A model generated the notes under the pieces. The model was not told the origin of the DNA and did no database searches. It saw only the letters and a list, made by a program, of their open reading frames with translations. DNA of 64,000 nucleotides. It comes from an uncultured Sphingomonadaceae bacterium (GTDB lineage: Bacteria > Pseudomonadota > Alphaproteobacteria > Sphingomonadales > Sphingomonadaceae). Positions within the stretch are counted from its first letter, which is position 1, and the number at the start of each line of letters is the position of its first letter. Below are positions 40,795 through 50,769 of the stretch, one piece after another. The position numbers and the translations under genes are program-made. Location of the stretch: the NCBI GenBank assembly GCA_902806235.1, contig CADCVW010000106.1:43102-107101 (forward strand), read 5' to 3'.

Positions 40795-42039
40795 GCGGTC
40801 GAGCAGCGGCCCCGACACCTTGGCCTGGTAATCCGCCGCGCACTTGGACGCGCGAACAGGCGAGCGCCGGTTCGCCTAGGTGCCCGCAGCGGCACGGGTT
40901 CATCGCCGTGACGAGCTGGACTCGGGCGGGGAAGGTGACTCGGGCGTTAGGCCGCGCGACGCTCACCGTGCCCGTCTCCAGCGGCTGCCGGAGCGAGTCG
41001 AGCACCGGGCGTTGAAACTGGGGCAGCTCGTCGAGGAACAGCACGCCCAAGTGCGCCAGGCTCACCTCCCCCGGCCGGACGGGCAAGCCGCCGCCGACCA
41101 GCGCGGCCATGGAGGCGCTGTGGTGCGGGCTGCGAAACGGGCGGCTGCGGCGGATGCGCCCGCCCTCCAGCTCGCTTGCGACGGAGGCGACCATCGACGG
41201 CTCCGTCGCTTCGGCCGCGGTGAGCGGCGGCAGGATGCCGGGGATTGCAGGCGGCAAGCAGCGACTTGCCGGCGCCGGGCAGGCCGCTCATCAGCAGGTT
41301 GCCCCCCCCCGCGGCGGCGATCTCCACTGCGCTTGGCTGTCTCCTGCCTCTTCACCTGGGCGAGGTCGGGCCCGCGCTCGGGCGCGTCGGCCTTTGCGCA
41401 AGCGGGCGCGGAGAGCACCGCACGACCGTTGAATTGGTTGAGCAAGGACAGGATGTTGCGCGGCGCGAGCAGCTCGATGCCGCTCGCCCAGGCGGCCTCG
41501 GCGCCCTGCGCCTGCGGGCAGATCAGCCCCATCCCCCGTTCGCTCGCGTGCATGGCGGCTAGCAAGGTGCCCGGCGACGGCGTGAGCTACCAGTCAAGCC
41601 CGAGCTCGCCCACCGCGACGAAGGCGGACAAGGAGTCCGCGGCCACCGCGCCCAGCGCGCAGAGCAGCGCCCGCGCGATCGGCAAGTCGTAGTGCGGGCC
41701 TTCCTTGGGCAGGTCGGCGGGCGACAGGTTCACGATCACGCGCTTGGGCGGCATCGCCAAGCCGATGGAGTCGAGCGCGGCGCGCACCCGCTCGCAGGAC
41801 TCCGCCACAGCCTTACCGAGGAGGCCGACCACGACGAAGGCGGGCAGCCCGGCCGCGATCTGCACCTGCGCTTCGACTGCGCGCGCCTCCAGCCCCAGAA
41901 ACGCCACCGTGGAGACTTGCGCGACCATCAAGCCCCTTTCCCCACCTTTGTTCCTGAAGCGGCGAACGACGGCTGTCGAGGGGCGGCGCGCGAACCCCGT
42001 CCCTTGTCCCGCGCCGGGGCGTCGGCCACATTGACCCGC

Positions 42040-42336
42040 ATGTTGTCGCGTTCCTGGCACGTGATCCGCCGTTTGGAAGCGTGGCGGCTATCGCAACTCG
42101 CGCTCGGTATCCTGCTGCTGATCGCCGCGCCGATCGTTGGCGTGCTGCCCGGTCCGGGCGGCCTGGTGCTGTTCGCCGGGGGCATGGCGCTCACCTTGCG
42201 CAACAGCCGCTGGGCCCGGCGGCGCTATGTCCGGTTCAAGCGGTGGCAGCCCAAGGCGGGACGTTGGGCCGACTGGGGGATGCGCCGCCCGAGCGCGCGG
42301 CGGCGCGAAGCGCTGCGCCGGGCGGGGCGCGATTGA
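42040..42336 (+). CDS. PGPGW-motif small membrane protein
   Basis: 98 aa with two TM helices joined by VLPGPGGL and a basic C-terminal tail. Confidence 0.5.
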   Translation: MLSRSWHVIRRLEAWRLSQLALGILLLIAAPIVGVLPGPGGLVLFAGGMALTLRNSRWARRRYVRFKRWQPKAGRWADWGMRRPSARRREALRRAGRD

Positions 42337-42372
42337 CTTGCCCGCCCCTGCGGCGTATCGGGCCGGCCAGCA

Positions 42373-42402
42373 GGCCGCCGCGTGAAGCGGCGGCCCTTTT
42401 TG
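42373..42402 (+). terminator. rho-independent terminator
   Basis: Stem ggccgccgc / gcggcggcc with loop gtgaa, followed by cTTTTTg. It lies downstream of the PGPGW gene and upstream of rpmH. Confidence 0.55.
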
Positions 42403-42426
42403 TTCAGTTATCCTCGGGGATGAGCG

Positions 42427-42561
42427 ATGAAGCGGACCTTCCAGCCGTCGAACCTGGTGCGCAAGCGCCGCCACGGCTTCCGCGCGCGTTCAGCGACGGT
42501 GGGCGGCCGCAAGGTGCTGGCGGCCCGCCGGGCGCGCGGCCGCAAGACGCTTTCGGCCTGA
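42427..42561 (+). CDS. rpmH: 50S ribosomal protein L34
   Basis: Hand translation gives [44 protein letters not shown]. It is too short for the ORF track. Confidence 0.95.
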   Translation: MKRTFQPSNLVRKRRHGFRARSATVGGRKVLAARRARGRKTLSA

Positions 42562-42890
42562 CCACCCTTACCAAGCGCTCCGACTTCCTCCTCGCTAACC
42601 GGGGGCGGCGCGCGGCGATGCCCGGTTTCGTGCTGCTGGTGCGCGGCCGCGAGGACGGCAACGCGGCGATGCGCGTCGGCTTCACCGTAACCAAGAAGAT
42701 CGGCGGCGCCGTCGTCCGCAACCGAATGAAGCGCCGTTTCCGCGCGCTCGCCCGCGAGCTGCTGCCGGCGGGGGGCGTGCCCGGCGCCGACCATGTGCTG
42801 ATCGGCCGGGCGGAGGGCGTCGAGCGCGACTTCGGGACGCTCCGCGCGGAGTTCGCCAAGGCGTTGGCGAAGCTGGGCCGCGTCAAGTGA
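42558..42890 (+). CDS. rnpA: ribonuclease P protein component
   Basis: (L/M)[15 protein letters not shown]...[18 protein letters not shown] motif. There is no in-frame ATG/GTG/TTG near the N-terminus. CTG at 42558 overlaps the rpmH stop (CTGA). Confidence 0.8.
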   Translation: MTTLTKRSDFLLANRGRRAAMPGFVLLVRGREDGNAAMRVGFTVTKKIGGAVVRNRMKRRFRALARELLPAGGVPGADHVLIGRAEGVERDFGTLRAEFAKALAKLGRVK

Positions 42891-43117
42891 TTGCCCGCGC
42901 ATTGATCGTCCTCGCGCGAGGTTGGCAGCTCGGCCCGTCGCTCGTGCTGCCGCCCAGCTGCCGCTACGCGCCGAGCTGCTCGGCCTACGCGATCGAGGCG
43001 TTGCGGGCGCACGGCGCGGCGCGCGGTGGCCTCCTCGCGCTCCGGCGCATCCTGCGCTGCCAGCCGTGGGGCGGCAGCGGTTACGACCCGGTTCCCCAAG
43101 GAAAGACCTCCGCGTGA
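42887..43117 (+). CDS. yidD: membrane protein insertion efficiency factor YidD
   Basis: [13 protein letters not shown] motif. The GTG start overlaps the rnpA stop (GTGA). Confidence 0.9.
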   Translation: MIARALIVLARGWQLGPSLVLPPSCRYAPSCSAYAIEALRAHGAARGGLLALRRILRCQPWGGSGYDPVPQGKTSA

Positions 43118-44808
43118 GCGAGCAGCGCAACATCCTCCTCTTCATCGTGCTGTCCGCGCTGATCCTGCTCGGCTGGAACCTGGCTGCCGATCGCTTCCTG
43201 CCGACGGCGGGGCCGCAAACGACCAAGGTGGAAGCGGGCCGCCAGGTCGCCTTGCCGCAGCCGGGGGCCGATCCGGCGGCGGACAGCCCGGCCGCACTGC
43301 GGAATCGGACGGTGGTGCTCGCCGAAACGCCGCGCGTGGCGATCGCTACCCCGCGCCTGCAGGGCTCAATCAACCTGCGCGGGCCGCGGATCGACGATCT
43401 CGTGCTGCTCTCTCACCGCGAGTCGCTGGGGCGCAACGCGCCGCCGATCCGACTGCTCTCGCCCGGCGGCGCGGCCGACGCTTACTTCGCGAGCTTCGGC
43501 TGGACGGGAGCGGCTGCGCCGGGCCCCGACACGATCTGGCGCGCGAGCGGGCCGCGGCTGACGCCGGGCACGCCCGTCACCCTGTCCGCCGACAACGGCC
43601 GGGGGCAAGTGTTCGAACTGATTCTGTCGGTCGACCCCAACTACATGTTCACCGTCCGCCAGCGCGTGGTGAACCGCGGCGCCGCGCCGGTCGCGGTGCG
43701 CCCATTCGGGCTCGTCAGCCGCGCGGGCAAGAGCCGCGACGCCGACAGCTGGACGATCCACGTCGGCCCGTCCGGCGTGTTCAACGGCGCGGTAAACCAC
43801 AAGGTCGATTACGACACGCTCGACGAAGATGGCGAGGCCCGCTTCGCGAGCACCGGCGGCTGGCTCGGCTTCGGCGACAAGTATTGGCTCACCGCCCTCG
43901 TCCCCGACCAGCGCGCGCCGCTCGACGCCGCGTTCCGGCGCGCGGGCGGCGGCGGTTACCAGGCCGACTTCGCCGCGCCCGCCGCTATCGTCGAGCCCGG
44001 CCGCGCCTTCGAGCGGGCCGCGCGCTTCTTCGCCGGGGCGAAAGAAGTGTCGGTCCTCAACGCCTATGAGGACGCGGGCATTCCGCTCTTCAGCCGCGCG
44101 GTCGATTGGGGCTGGTTCTCCTTCATCGAGCGGCCGATCTTCTCTCTGCTGCGCTTCCTGTTCAGTTCAATCGGCAATTTCGGCCTGGCGATCATGGCGC
44201 TTACGCTGATCGTCCGCTTGGCCATGTTCCCGGTGGCCCAGAAGCAGTTCGCCTCCATGGCCGCCATGCGCGTGCTCCAGCCCAAGATGAAGGCGCTGCA
44301 GGAGCGCTTCGCCGACGACAAGCCGCGGCTCCAGCAGGAGACGATGAAGCTCTACCAGCAGGAGAAGGTGAATCCGCTCGCCGGCTGCCTTCCCATCCTG
44401 ATCCAGATCCCGATCTTCTACGCGCTCTACAAGGTGCTCCTGCTCAGCGTGGAGATGCGCCATCAGCCCTTCTTCGGCTGGATCAAGGACCTGTCCGCGC
44501 CCGACCCGCTGACGCCGGTGAACCTGTTCGGCCTGCTCGACTTCACCCCGCCGGGCTTCCTGCTCATCGGCGTACTGCCGATCCTGGTGGGCCTGACGAG
44601 CTGGCTGAGCTTCAAGCTCAATCCGGCCTCGCCCGATCCGGTGCAGCAGCAGGTGTTCTCCGTCATGCCTTGGCTGTTCATCTTCATCATGGCCCCCTTC
44701 GCGGCCGGGCTGCAGCTCTACTGGGTGACCAACAACATTCTGACGATCGCGCAGCAGAGCTGGCTGTACAGCCGCTACCCGGGGATGAAGCAGGCGGTCG
44801 CGACGTGA
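43114..44808 (+). CDS. yidC: membrane protein insertase YidC
   Basis: N-terminus [22 protein letters not shown], a large periplasmic domain and a C-terminal 5-TM core (...[19 protein letters not shown]...). The GTG start overlaps the yidD stop. Confidence 0.95.
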   Translation: MSEQRNILLFIVLSALILLGWNLAADRFLPTAGPQTTKVEAGRQVALPQPGADPAADSPAALRNRTVVLAETPRVAIATPRLQGSINLRGPRIDDLVLLSHRESLGRNAPPIRLLSPGGAADAYFASFGWTGAAAPGPDTIWRASGPRLTPGTPVTLSADNGRGQVFELILSVDPNYMFTVRQRVVNRGAAPVAVRPFGLVSRAGKSRDADSWTIHVGPSGVFNGAVNHKVDYDTLDEDGEARFASTGGWLGFGDKYWLTALVPDQRAPLDAAFRRAGGGGYQADFAAPAAIVEPGRAFERAARFFAGAKEVSVLNAYEDAGIPLFSRAVDWGWFSFIERPIFSLLRFLFSSIGNFGLAIMALTLIVRLAMFPVAQKQFASMAAMRVLQPKMKALQERFADDKPRLQQETMKLYQQEKVNPLAGCLPILIQIPIFYALYKVLLLSVEMRHQPFFGWIKDLSAPDPLTPVNLFGLLDFTPPGFLLIGVLPILVGLTSWLSFKLNPASPDPVQQQVFSVMPWLFIFIMAPFAAGLQLYWVTNNILTIAQQSWLYSRYPGMKQAVAT

Positions 44809-45452
44809 GCGGGCCGGAGGACGAAGAACGCGCGGCGGAGGCGCGGCGCGTCTTCTCCGGCCCGATCCGCTTCCTGCTGTCCGCGCCCGAGCTGAAGTTC
44901 CTGCCTTCCGGCGACGCGCCGGAGGTGGCGTTCGCCGGGCGCTCCAACGTCGGCAAGTCGTCGCTCCTCAACGCGCTGACTAACCGCACGAGCCTCGCGC
45001 GCACCTCCAACACGCCGGGGCGCACGCAGGAGCTCAACTTCTTCGAGGTCGGCGAGCCCACCCGCTTCCGCCTCGTCGACATGCCCGGCTACGGCTTCGC
45101 CGAGGCCCCGCGCGACCTGGTCAACCGCTGGCGCCGGCTGGTGAACGACTATCTCCGCGGCCGGCAGGCGCTGCAGCGTGCGCTCGTTCTCATCGACAGC
45201 CGCCACGGTCTGAAGGATGTCGACCGCGAGGTCATGGGCATGCTGAACGACGCGGCGGTCAACTACCACCTGGTGCTCACCAAGACTGACAAGGTGAAAG
45301 CGAGCGAGCTCGACGCCGTGCTCGAGCGCACGCGCGCGGAGGCCGCGCGCAACTCGGCGGCGCACCCGCGCATTCTCCATACGTCGTCCGCCAAGGGGGG
45401 CGGGATCGAGGAACTGCGGGAAGCGGTGCTCGACGCCGTGGGGAAGAACTGA
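44805..45452 (+). CDS. engB: ribosome biogenesis GTPase EngB/YihA
   Basis: G1 motif GRSNVGKSSL, DMPGYG and TKTDK. The GTG start overlaps the yidC stop. Confidence 0.9.
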   Translation: MSGPEDEERAAEARRVFSGPIRFLLSAPELKFLPSGDAPEVAFAGRSNVGKSSLLNALTNRTSLARTSNTPGRTQELNFFEVGEPTRFRLVDMPGYGFAEAPRDLVNRWRRLVNDYLRGRQALQRALVLIDSRHGLKDVDREVMGMLNDAAVNYHLVLTKTDKVKASELDAVLERTRAEAARNSAAHPRILHTSSAKGGGIEELREAVLDAVGKN

Positions 45453-46123
45453 TGCTCAAGCTCATCATCGGCAACAAAGCCTACAGCAGCTGGTCGATGC
45501 GCGGCTGGCTCGCGGCCAAGCAGTCGGGACTGCCGTTCGAGGAGATCGTCGTCCCGCTCTACGATGAGGAATGGGACAAGAAGCGCGCCGGCGACGAATT
45601 CGCCCCGTCCTCCGGCAAGGTGCCGCTGCTGTGGGACAGCGACGTCGTCGTTTGGGATAGCCTGGCGATCATCGAATGGCTCGCCGACCGCACCGATCGC
45701 TCGCGCTTCTGGCCGCGCGACGACGCGGCGCGGGGCATGGCACGCTCCATGGCGGCCGAGATGCACTCGAGCTACGCCAACCTGCGGCGCGAGCACGCGA
45801 TGAACATCCGCCGTACCTTCCCGTCGAAGCCCCTAGCGCCCGAAGTGCTGGTGGAGGTGAAGCGCATCCTGGAGCTGTGGGCGGAGGCCCGCGCGCGCTT
45901 CGGCGGCGCTGGCCCCTACCTGTTCGGCGACTTCGGCGCGGCGGACATCATGTTCGCGCCGGTGGTGACGCGCTTCGTTACTTATCAGATCCCCGTGCCG
46001 CGCTTCGCCGCGAGCTACATGGAGGCGGTTCTCAACAACATCTTCGTCCACGAGTGGATCGCCGCCGCCCAGGAAGAGCCCTGGGTGATCGAAAAGTACG
46101 AAACGGCCGCGGCGGAAGCCTAG
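45452..46123 (+). CDS. glutathione S-transferase family protein
   Basis: 223 aa. N-terminus MLKLIIGNKAYSSWSMRGW with a thioredoxin-like N-domain and GKVPLLW. Confidence 0.75.
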   Translation: MLKLIIGNKAYSSWSMRGWLAAKQSGLPFEEIVVPLYDEEWDKKRAGDEFAPSSGKVPLLWDSDVVVWDSLAIIEWLADRTDRSRFWPRDDAARGMARSMAAEMHSSYANLRREHAMNIRRTFPSKPLAPEVLVEVKRILELWAEARARFGGAGPYLFGDFGAADIMFAPVVTRFVTYQIPVPRFAASYMEAVLNNIFVHEWIAAAQEEPWVIEKYETAAAEA

Positions 46124-46566
46124 AAGGCTGACCCGTCCTTCCGCCGGAATCCCGTGCCCGCGAACAGGTGCATATCGACGTCCGGGTAGTAGCAGTCGGT
46201 CGCCGCCGGGCGGCCCACCGCGACGAAGGTGCAGGGCGCGGCCGACTCGTTGATCAGTACGTGGCCGTTGCCGTCGCCCTTGGGGAAGGCGGCGCAATCG
46301 CCCGCGCGCATAAGTGTGCGGCCGGCGTCGTCGACCAGCACCGCCTCGCCGCTCAGCATCGCGACGAACTCGTCCTCGCCCTCATGCCAGTGGCGCTGGC
46401 TCGACCAGGCGCCAGACTCCAGCGTGACGTGCGAGACGCCGAACTCGGTGAGCCCGCCCGCGGGGCCCAGGCGGCGGTACCAGCGGCCCTGCACGGGCGC
46501 GGCATGCTCGGGCGGATAGCCGGTGGCGTTGGTGGGCGGCAGGGCGTTCAGATCGAGCTTGGGCAT
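46120..46566 (-). CDS. cupin domain protein
   Basis: 148 aa with the HWHEGEDEF cupin motif 1. Confidence 0.7.
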   Translation of the reverse strand: MPKLDLNALPPTNATGYPPEHAAPVQGRWYRRLGPAGGLTEFGVSHVTLESGAWSSQRHWHEGEDEFVAMLSGEAVLVDDAGRTLMRAGDCAAFPKGDGNGHVLINESAAPCTFVAVGRPAATDCYYPDVDMHLFAGTGFRRKDGSAF

Positions 46567-46601
46567 GGCGCGGGTCCCCCGTCGTGCTAGGCGGCGAAGC
46601 C

Positions 46602-47738
46602 ATGACGAGCGCGCCCGATCCTGTCGAGTTGGCCGAGTGGCTGCTCGCCGTGCCGAGCGTCACGCCGGCGCGGCAGGACATCATGGCGGCGCTGGAAGCC
46701 ATGCTGCTCCCGCTCGGCTTCGAGGTTCATCGCCTCGACTCTGGCGGGCCGCCGCACGGGCCGGTGGCCAACCTGTTCGCGACGCGCGGCGACCCAGCCG
46801 AAGGGCCGCACCTCGCTTTCGCCGGGCACCTCGACGTCGTGCCGCCGGGGCCGGGCTGGACGGGCGACCCCTTCGCGCCGCGCCATAGCGGCGAGCTGCT
46901 GGTCGGGCGCGGCGCGGTGGACATGAAGGGCGCGGTCGCCGCTTTCGTCGCCGCGTGCGGAGCAGTCGATCAGCCGCGCGGACGGGTGAGCCTGATCGTC
47001 ACCGGCGACGAGGAAGGCCCCGCCGTCCACGGCACGATCGCGCTGATTGCTTGGATGCGCGAGCGCGGCATCCGGCCCGACATGATCCTCGTCGGCGAGC
47101 CGACTTCGGTTGCCCGGCTCGGGGACACGGTGAAGATCGGCCGGCGCGGCTCGGTGAACATGGGCGTCGACGTGCCCGGCACGCAGGGCCACGTCGCCTA
47201 CCCGCACCTGGCCGACAATCCCCTGCCCCGCGCCGCGCGGATCATGACCGCCTTATCCGAGCTCCGCCTCGACGACGGGACCGAGTGGTTCCAGCCGTCG
47301 AACCTGGAGGTGACGAACGTCGAGGTCGGCAACTACGCGCACAACGTCATCCCGGGCGTGGCCTCGCTTCGCCTCAACATCCGCTTCAACGACCGCCACC
47401 GGGGCGCCGACCTGATCGAGCGGGTGCGGGAGGTCGTCCGGAGCGTCGACCCGCGCGCGACGGTGGTGGGCAGCGTGTCTGGCGAGGCGTTCGTCACCCC
47501 GCCCGGCCCCTTGTCGGCGCTGGTGGCGGACGCGATCCGCGCGGAAACGGGGCTGGAGCCCGACTTGTCCACCACGGGAGGCACGTCGGACGCGCGCTTC
47601 CTGTCGGCGGTCGCCCCCACCGTCGAGTTCGGCCTTCGCAATGCCACGATGCACAAGGTGGACGAAGCAGTCGCGATCGGTGACCTGCGCGCGCTGGCGC
47701 GCATCTACGCGCGGGTGATTGGGGCAGCGCTGGCCTAG
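46602..47738 (+). CDS. dapE: succinyl-diaminopimelate desuccinylase
   Basis: M20 peptidase motifs (FAGHLDVVP, GRGAVDMKG, TGDEEG). The start is taken at ATG 46602 (MTSAPDP). Confidence 0.88.
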   Translation: MTSAPDPVELAEWLLAVPSVTPARQDIMAALEAMLLPLGFEVHRLDSGGPPHGPVANLFATRGDPAEGPHLAFAGHLDVVPPGPGWTGDPFAPRHSGELLVGRGAVDMKGAVAAFVAACGAVDQPRGRVSLIVTGDEEGPAVHGTIALIAWMRERGIRPDMILVGEPTSVARLGDTVKIGRRGSVNMGVDVPGTQGHVAYPHLADNPLPRAARIMTALSELRLDDGTEWFQPSNLEVTNVEVGNYAHNVIPGVASLRLNIRFNDRHRGADLIERVREVVRSVDPRATVVGSVSGEAFVTPPGPLSALVADAIRAETGLEPDLSTTGGTSDARFLSAVAPTVEFGLRNATMHKVDEAVAIGDLRALARIYARVIGAALA

Positions 47739-48268
47739 GGCCGCGCCCGTCGCAGCACCACGTACAGCGCCCCCGCCCCGCCGTGGCGCTGGTGCGCGCG
47801 GCGCACGGCGGCGATGCGGCCGGCGTGGGGCGACAGCGTGAGCCAGTCGCCGATCGCCGCCCGGATCAACCCGCGCCGATATGGCGCTTCGCGCTCGCGC
47901 GGCGGGCGACCGGTGATCACGAGCAGCACGCGCGCGCCGCGCGCGACGGCTTGCGCCAGCGCGGCGTCGAGGACGCCATGCGCTTGGGCCACGCCATAGC
48001 CGTGCAGGTCCACCGTCATCTCCGGCGCGACGAGCCCGCGCGACAGGCGACGGTCCCAAGTGCCATCGAGCGTATCGCCCGGGCCGGCGCGCCCGGGCGG
48101 GGCGGGCCTCGCGACGGGAGCGGGCGGGCGGGCGACGACAGACCGGCGGCGCGGCCCCACCGATTCAGCCGCGGCCTCTTCCGTCTCCGCAGGCACGTAG
48201 CGCCGTACGCTCGCCGCCACCTTGGCCCATAACGCGCGCTCTTCAGCGCTGAGCCGGCGCTCCGCCAT
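47735..48268 (-). CDS. Smr/MutS2-C domain protein
   Basis: DLHGYGVAQAH...LLVITG motifs. Confidence 0.7.
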   Translation of the reverse strand: MAERRLSAEERALWAKVAASVRRYVPAETEEAAAESVGPRRRSVVARPPAPVARPAPPGRAGPGDTLDGTWDRRLSRGLVAPEMTVDLHGYGVAQAHGVLDAALAQAVARGARVLLVITGRPPREREAPYRRGLIRAAIGDWLTLSPHAGRIAAVRRAHQRHGGAGALYVVLRRARP

Positions 48269-49427
48269 CGCGGCTCCCCGCCCGCAGCCGCTTGAAGCTC
48301 GCCTTCGGCAGTAGCAGCAACGCGGTCCCCGACGCGCTCAGCCCGCCGGAAATTGCCGCTGCTTCCTCGCCCGCGCCCCAGAAGGTGTCGAAGCGATTAG
48401 CCCCCTTGATCGCCCCTCCGGTGTCCTGCGCGACCCACAGCCCGTCCGCCCGGTCATCGGCCAGATCGAGCACCACAGGCGCGCCGAGCGGCACGAAGGC
48501 TGGGTCTGCCGCCACGCTGGCCCGCGGGGTGACCGGCCTGCCCAGCGCGCCGAGCGGACCGGGGCCGGTCAGTTCGCGGAAGAACACCCAGCTCGCATTC
48601 TCGTTCATCACCGAAGCGCCGCCGTCCGGCTGGGAACGGAGGTGGGCGATGATATTGGCCATGGTGGCCTGGCCGGGCGCGAACACGCCGCGCTCGCGCA
48701 GCACTCGGCCGATCGCGGTGTAGTCGCGCCCGTTCTGGCCGTCGTAGCCGATGCGCATCACGGACCCGTCGGGCATCAGCAGCCGCCCGCTGCCCTGGAT
48801 CTGGAGGAAGAAGAGCTCGATGGGATCCGCCGCCCAGGCGAGCTCCAGCCCCTTGCCCGCCAGCGCGCCGCCGACGATCGCCGCCCGATCGTGGTAGGGC
48901 TGGAGCTGCCCGTCGACCACCAGCCCCCGCCGCTTGCGCGCCTTGCCCGTCGCGGGATCGACCACGTCGGCCTCCACCAGGTCGGGCGGGCGACGGTAGA
49001 CCGGCGCTTCGTAGCCCGGCGCGCGGACGCGCGAGGCCCTGATCTGCGGCTCGTAATAGCCGGTGGCGAAGGTTTGCCCGCTACCCACCCGCGCGGCGCG
49101 GAAGTGGCGCAGGAAAAAGCGTCGCGCCTGCGCGTCGGGCCAGATCTCGGCAGCGGCGCAGGCGGCGTCCCAATCGCCTTTAAGCGTCAGCCCGGACGCG
49201 TCCTCGCGCGTCCGCAGCGACGGGCAGCTGATCCGGAAGGCGCGCAGCGCCGGGGCCGCGTCGGCCGGGAGCAACCGTTTCAGCCCCGGGCCGGGCGCGA
49301 CGCCCGCCTGGACGGCGGTGGCTGGTTCGGCGGGGGTGGCCGCGACGGGTGGCGGCGCGACCCGCTGCGCGCAGGCGGCGAGCAGCAGCGCCGCGGCCAG
49401 CCCGGCCGCGCGAGGGATTAAGTTCAC
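48243..49427 (-). CDS. mltA: membrane-bound lytic murein transglycosylase A
   Basis: Lipobox LLLAAC and MltA/3D-domain motifs (...TGYYEP..., ...DTGGAIKG..RFD.FWG). The GTG start overlaps the upstream stop (GTGA). Confidence 0.85.
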   Translation of the reverse strand: MNLIPRAAGLAAALLLAACAQRVAPPPVAATPAEPATAVQAGVAPGPGLKRLLPADAAPALRAFRISCPSLRTREDASGLTLKGDWDAACAAAEIWPDAQARRFFLRHFRAARVGSGQTFATGYYEPQIRASRVRAPGYEAPVYRRPPDLVEADVVDPATGKARKRRGLVVDGQLQPYHDRAAIVGGALAGKGLELAWAADPIELFFLQIQGSGRLLMPDGSVMRIGYDGQNGRDYTAIGRVLRERGVFAPGQATMANIIAHLRSQPDGGASVMNENASWVFFRELTGPGPLGALGRPVTPRASVAADPAFVPLGAPVVLDLADDRADGLWVAQDTGGAIKGANRFDTFWGAGEEAAAISGGLSASGTALLLLPKASFKRLRAGSRDGGAPAQR

Positions 49428-50080
49428 GCCGCTTCGTCGGTTTCGACCAAGATCCAGTTCGGGTCGCGGCTGCCGAGGTCGCGCTGGAACGTCCAAACAT
49501 CGTGCGTCGTCACCGCGTCGCTCAGCGAACCCGCTACCGCCGCGCCGTCGCGGTCGCGCGTGACGGCGGCGACGTCGGCGTCGAAGCCTACGGTGACGCG
49601 GGCCGCGCGCCCTTCGAGCAGCGCGTCCTTGATCACCGCCTTGTTGACGGCGATCAGCCGGTTGTCGAGCCGGTGGCCCTCGGCCTCGCGCGCGACGACC
49701 GCCTCGGCGAACGCTTCGCGCACATGCGCGTCGGTGTAGGGCGCGAGCGCGTCAATGTCGCCGCGCCAGTAGGACTCGAGGATCAACCGGTACGCGCCCT
49801 GCGCGCCGTCGAGGAAGCGCGCCACGTCGAACTGCGGATCGGCGGCGAGGATAGCGCGTACGCCGCCTTCTGCCCGCTCCTCGTACACATGCTCGCTCGG
49901 GGTCGGCCGCTCGGGCGCGACGTCGGCCGCGGGGGGCGCGCGACGCTCGGCGATCGCCGGGGTCTCCGCCGGGCGCGCCACGGGCTGCTGTTCGTGCCCG
50001 CCGCGCTGGCCGAGCACGCTGTAAAGCCGCAGCCCGACGAACACGGCGATCATGGCCAGGATGACGATAGTCGGTGTCAC
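49424..50080 (-). CDS. Tim44-like domain protein
   Basis: N-terminal TM segment and a C-terminal Tim44-like fold (...DVWTFQRDLGSRDPNWILVET). GTG at 50080 has GGGAG 7 nt upstream. The track uses TTG at 50122. Confidence 0.65.
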   Translation of the reverse strand: MTPTIVILAMIAVFVGLRLYSVLGQRGGHEQQPVARPAETPAIAERRAPPAADVAPERPTPSEHVYEERAEGGVRAILAADPQFDVARFLDGAQGAYRLILESYWRGDIDALAPYTDAHVREAFAEAVVAREAEGHRLDNRLIAVNKAVIKDALLEGRAARVTVGFDADVAAVTRDRDGAAVAGSLSDAVTTHDVWTFQRDLGSRDPNWILVETDEAA

Positions 50081-50252
50081 CAGAAACTCCCGGGCTGCAC
50101 TGGCCTTGATAGATAGGCCCAACGCCCGCCCGTTTCAAACGGCGCGGCCGCCGCGCGGCATTGCGCGGCTCCGGACCCGCTGCTACCCGCGCCGCGACCT
50201 CGCGCGGCGGCCTTCCAGCCTCTCGCGCCCAGCCCGATCGAGGACCTCTCCC

Positions 50253-50747
50253 ATGGCCGACGACAACGGTTTCGTGACTACCAGCAGCGGCGGCGCCGAC
50301 GACCAGCCGCAGGTCGGCATCATCTCGCAGTATATAAAGGACCTGTCGTTCGAGAATCCGAACGCGCCCGCCGTGTACCAGTGGCAGCAGCAGCCCAAGG
50401 TCGACGTCAATTTCAACATCAACGCCCAGCGGCTCGGCGACGAGGTGCACGAGGTGGCGATCCGCGTGGAGGTGTCGGCCAAGGTCGAGGAGCAGACCGC
50501 CTTTCTGATCGATCTGACCTACGCCGGGCTGTTCGGCCTGCGCAACGTGCCGCCCGAGCAGCTCCAGCCCTTCCTGCTGGCCGAAGCGCCGCGCCTCCTC
50601 TTCCCGTTCGCCCGGCGCATCGTCGCGGACGCGGCGCAGGACGGCGGCTTTCCGCCGCTTATGCTGGAGCCGATCGACTTCACCGCGCTCTACATGCAGC
50701 AGGCCGCCGCGGCGCAGGGCGGGAACCCGCAACTCGGCCACGCCTAA
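50253..50747 (+). CDS. secB: protein-export chaperone SecB
   Basis: ...QYIKDLSFENPNAP...LFPFARRIVADA... motifs. Confidence 0.9.
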   Translation: MADDNGFVTTSSGGADDQPQVGIISQYIKDLSFENPNAPAVYQWQQQPKVDVNFNINAQRLGDEVHEVAIRVEVSAKVEEQTAFLIDLTYAGLFGLRNVPPEQLQPFLLAEAPRLLFPFARRIVADAAQDGGFPPLMLEPIDFTALYMQQAAAAQGGNPQLGHA

Positions 50748-50769
50748 CCCGGGCCGGGTCGCCTAACCC

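Larger units (their letters stand above)
39814..41928 (-). pseudogene. comM: Mg-chelatase-like ATPase ComM/YifB, disrupted (nonsense + frameshifts + 604-bp insertion)
   Basis: ComM-like segments occur in different frames: MVAQVSTVAFLGLEA...GELGLDW*, ...ICPQAQGAEAA...QVKRQETAKR, VEIAAAGGGNLLMSGLPGAGKSLLAA, PGILPPLT...FRSPHHSAS...LFLDELPQF...NPCRCG, CAADYQAKVSGPLLDR, [insert], IDLYVDLQPVSAADL, VEVAARVARARAVQ...GYHRVLKVARTVADL. Confidence 0.85.

Noticed and set aside
41302-41310. The C9 homopolymer as a phase-variation switch.
   Set aside because: It lies inside a gene that carries at least five other independent lesions, so switching could not restore function. It may also be a sequencing-error-prone site.
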